Shown one piece after another: positions 62,542 to 64,000 of a DNA stretch of 64,000 nucleotides. Under the pieces are notes generated by a model. The model did no database searches. It saw only the letters and a program-made list of their open reading frames with translations, and was not told where the DNA came from. Source of the DNA: Zootoca vivipara (lineage: Eukaryota). Made by a program: the position numbers and the translations under genes. The stretch is taken from positions 16,678,001-16,742,000 of the forward strand of contig NC_083277.1 in NCBI RefSeq assembly GCF_963506605.1. The letters are read 5' to 3'. Position 1 is the first letter of the stretch. Every line of letters starts with the position of its first letter.

Positions 62542-62762
62542 CAATGGAACCTCGGTTTATGAATTTTCGGTTTACGAACACCGCGGACCCATCTGGAACG
62601 GATGAATTCACTTTCCACTACTTTCGATGGGAAAGTTCGCTTCAGTTTATGAACGCTTCAGTTTATGAACAGACTTCCGGAACCAATTACACCCATGCTT
62701 CGGGAAAGTACACTTCAATTTATGAACAGAACCAATTGTGTTCATAAACCGAGGTACCACTG
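62542..62762. mobile_element. Tc1/mariner MITE (short version of the 29783 family)
   Basis: TA|CAATGGAACCTCGGTTTATG...CATAAACCGAGGTACCACTG|TA. Confidence 0.85.
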
Positions 62763-62926
62763 TATGTTCTTTTGTAGGCAGGGACATACAAAAAGCAGAT
62801 TTGTTTGATACTGACCCTTCCATTTGGGTTTCTTCTTGTATTCAACATTGTTGCATTATTCTAATGTCTCATATTCTAATGTTTCCCACCACGCCCCTAT
62901 TTCTGATTTGTTCAGCTGCAGCTGCC

Positions 62927-64000
62927 ATGCTTCATTTTTGGACTTTACCCTCCTCCTTCTGTCTCCTGCTCTTCCTCCTGCCTTCCAGCTCTGCCTCTGA
63001 TGATGATGATACTGTGGTGGTCACCAGCAGTGGTCCCATTAAAGGCAAAATACTCCCAGCTGGCACTGGCTCTGTGACCGCCTACCTCGGCATCCCCTAT
63101 GCTGAGCCCCCCGTGGGAAAACTGCGCTTCCAGAAGCCAGTTCCACATCAGCCATGGAGCCAGGCATTGGAGGCCACCACCTTTGGCAACTCTTGCCATC
63201 AGTTAAACATCGAACAAATGCCATTTTCAGAGCTATATGATGCTAACACACCACTTTCAGAGGACTGCCTCTTCCTCAACATCTGGGTGCCCCACCCACG
63301 GCCAGTCACACCAGTGCCCATCCTCCTATGGATCTATGGCGGGGGTTTTATCATGGGCACAGCCTCTCTGGATATGTACAATGGGGCCTTGTTAGCAGCT
63401 ACAGAGAATGTCATTGTGGCCTCCATGAATTACCGCCTGGGGAGTCTGGGTTTCCTGTACCTGCCCCCAGATGCCCCAGGAAACGTTGGCTTGTGGGACC
63501 AACATCTGGCTCTGAAGTGGGTGAGTGAGAACGCAGCTGTGTTTGGTGGTGATGCAGCTCGGATAACTCTCCTTGGCGAAAGTGCTGGAGGAGCCGCAGT
63601 TGGTTTCCACCTGCTTTCACCGGCAAGTCAACCCCTTTTTGCCCGTGCTGTGCTTCAGAGTGGGGTTCCCAATGCTCCCTGGGGTTGGAAGAATCCTGAA
63701 AATGCCCTAAGAGATTCAGTGATAGTGAGTCGCCTAATGGGGTGTCATGAAGCTAACCACAGTGCTATGGTAAGCTGCCTACAGGGGATGGAAATGAACA
63801 GCAAAACGTTTGCTGCCTTGCAAGCTTTCTTATCATTGACAACGGATGGGGAGTTCCTCCCAGATGATCCCCCAAAGAGGCTGGAGATTGGTCTTGTTCA
63901 CGGCAAACCCATTCTCGCTGGTGTCACTGCTGATGAAGGGTCAACTACGGTATTTTTTATGTATCCTAACATGACATTGAAGGATGGAAAACTGACCTGG
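62927..64000 (+). CDS. Cholinesterase-like carboxylesterase gene D, large coding exon 1 (truncated by the window end; 358 open codons)
   Basis: Manual translation MLHFWTLPSSFCLLLFLLPSSSASDDDDTVVVTSSGPIKG...GIPYAEPP...SEDCLFLNIW...YGGGF...GESAG...DEG; GCCATG Kozak context after a ttcAG acceptor. Candidate 5'UTR donor at 61245. Confidence 0.95.
   Translation, partial: MLHFWTLPSSFCLLLFLLPSSSASDDDDTVVVTSSGPIKGKILPAGTGSVTAYLGIPYAEPPVGKLRFQKPVPHQPWSQALEATTFGNSCHQLNIEQMPFSELYDANTPLSEDCLFLNIWVPHPRPVTPVPILLWIYGGGFIMGTASLDMYNGALLAATENVIVASMNYRLGSLGFLYLPPDAPGNVGLWDQHLALKWVSENAAVFGGDAARITLLGESAGGAAVGFHLLSPASQPLFARAVLQSGVPNAPWGWKNPENALRDSVIVSRLMGCHEANHSAMVSCLQGMEMNSKTFAALQAFLSLTTDGEFLPDDPPKRLEIGLVHGKPILAGVTADEGSTTVFFMYPNMTLKDGKLTW

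Overview
Eukaryotic genomic DNA from a squamate, most likely a lacertid lizard (Sauria/Squam1 and Squam3-type SINEs, BovB, L2, CR1), with two assembly gaps. Genes reconstructed by hand: (1) the large coding exon of a phostensin/taperin-family gene, probably PPP1R18 (minus, 3575-5209); (2) a complete five-coding-exon RPP21 (minus, 28674-33016), which the ORF track shows only in fragments; (3) four paralogous cholinesterase-like alpha/beta-hydrolase genes, A (minus, 15108-21910), B (plus, 37953-42779), C (plus, 47999-51300) and D (plus, 62927 to the window end, absent from the ORF track). PPP1R18 and RPP21 are framework genes of the mammalian MHC class I region, so this looks like an MHC-linked esterase expansion. 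The paralogs share BCHE-like exon architecture. A, B and C keep the full Ser-Glu-His triad; D keeps Ser and Glu, with its His beyond the window. They differ at nearly every substrate-determining gorge position. A, B and C lack the WAT tetramerisation tail, and A appears to end in an ER-retention-like REEL. The intergenic and intronic DNA is rich in transposons, including a Penelope-like fold-back element with two intact minimal hammerhead ribozyme cores, a complete non-autonomous Helitron, nested hAT/Tc1 MITEs and an inverted ectopic copy of an RPP21 intron segment. All calls come from reading the sequence and from recalled family motifs; no searches were run.
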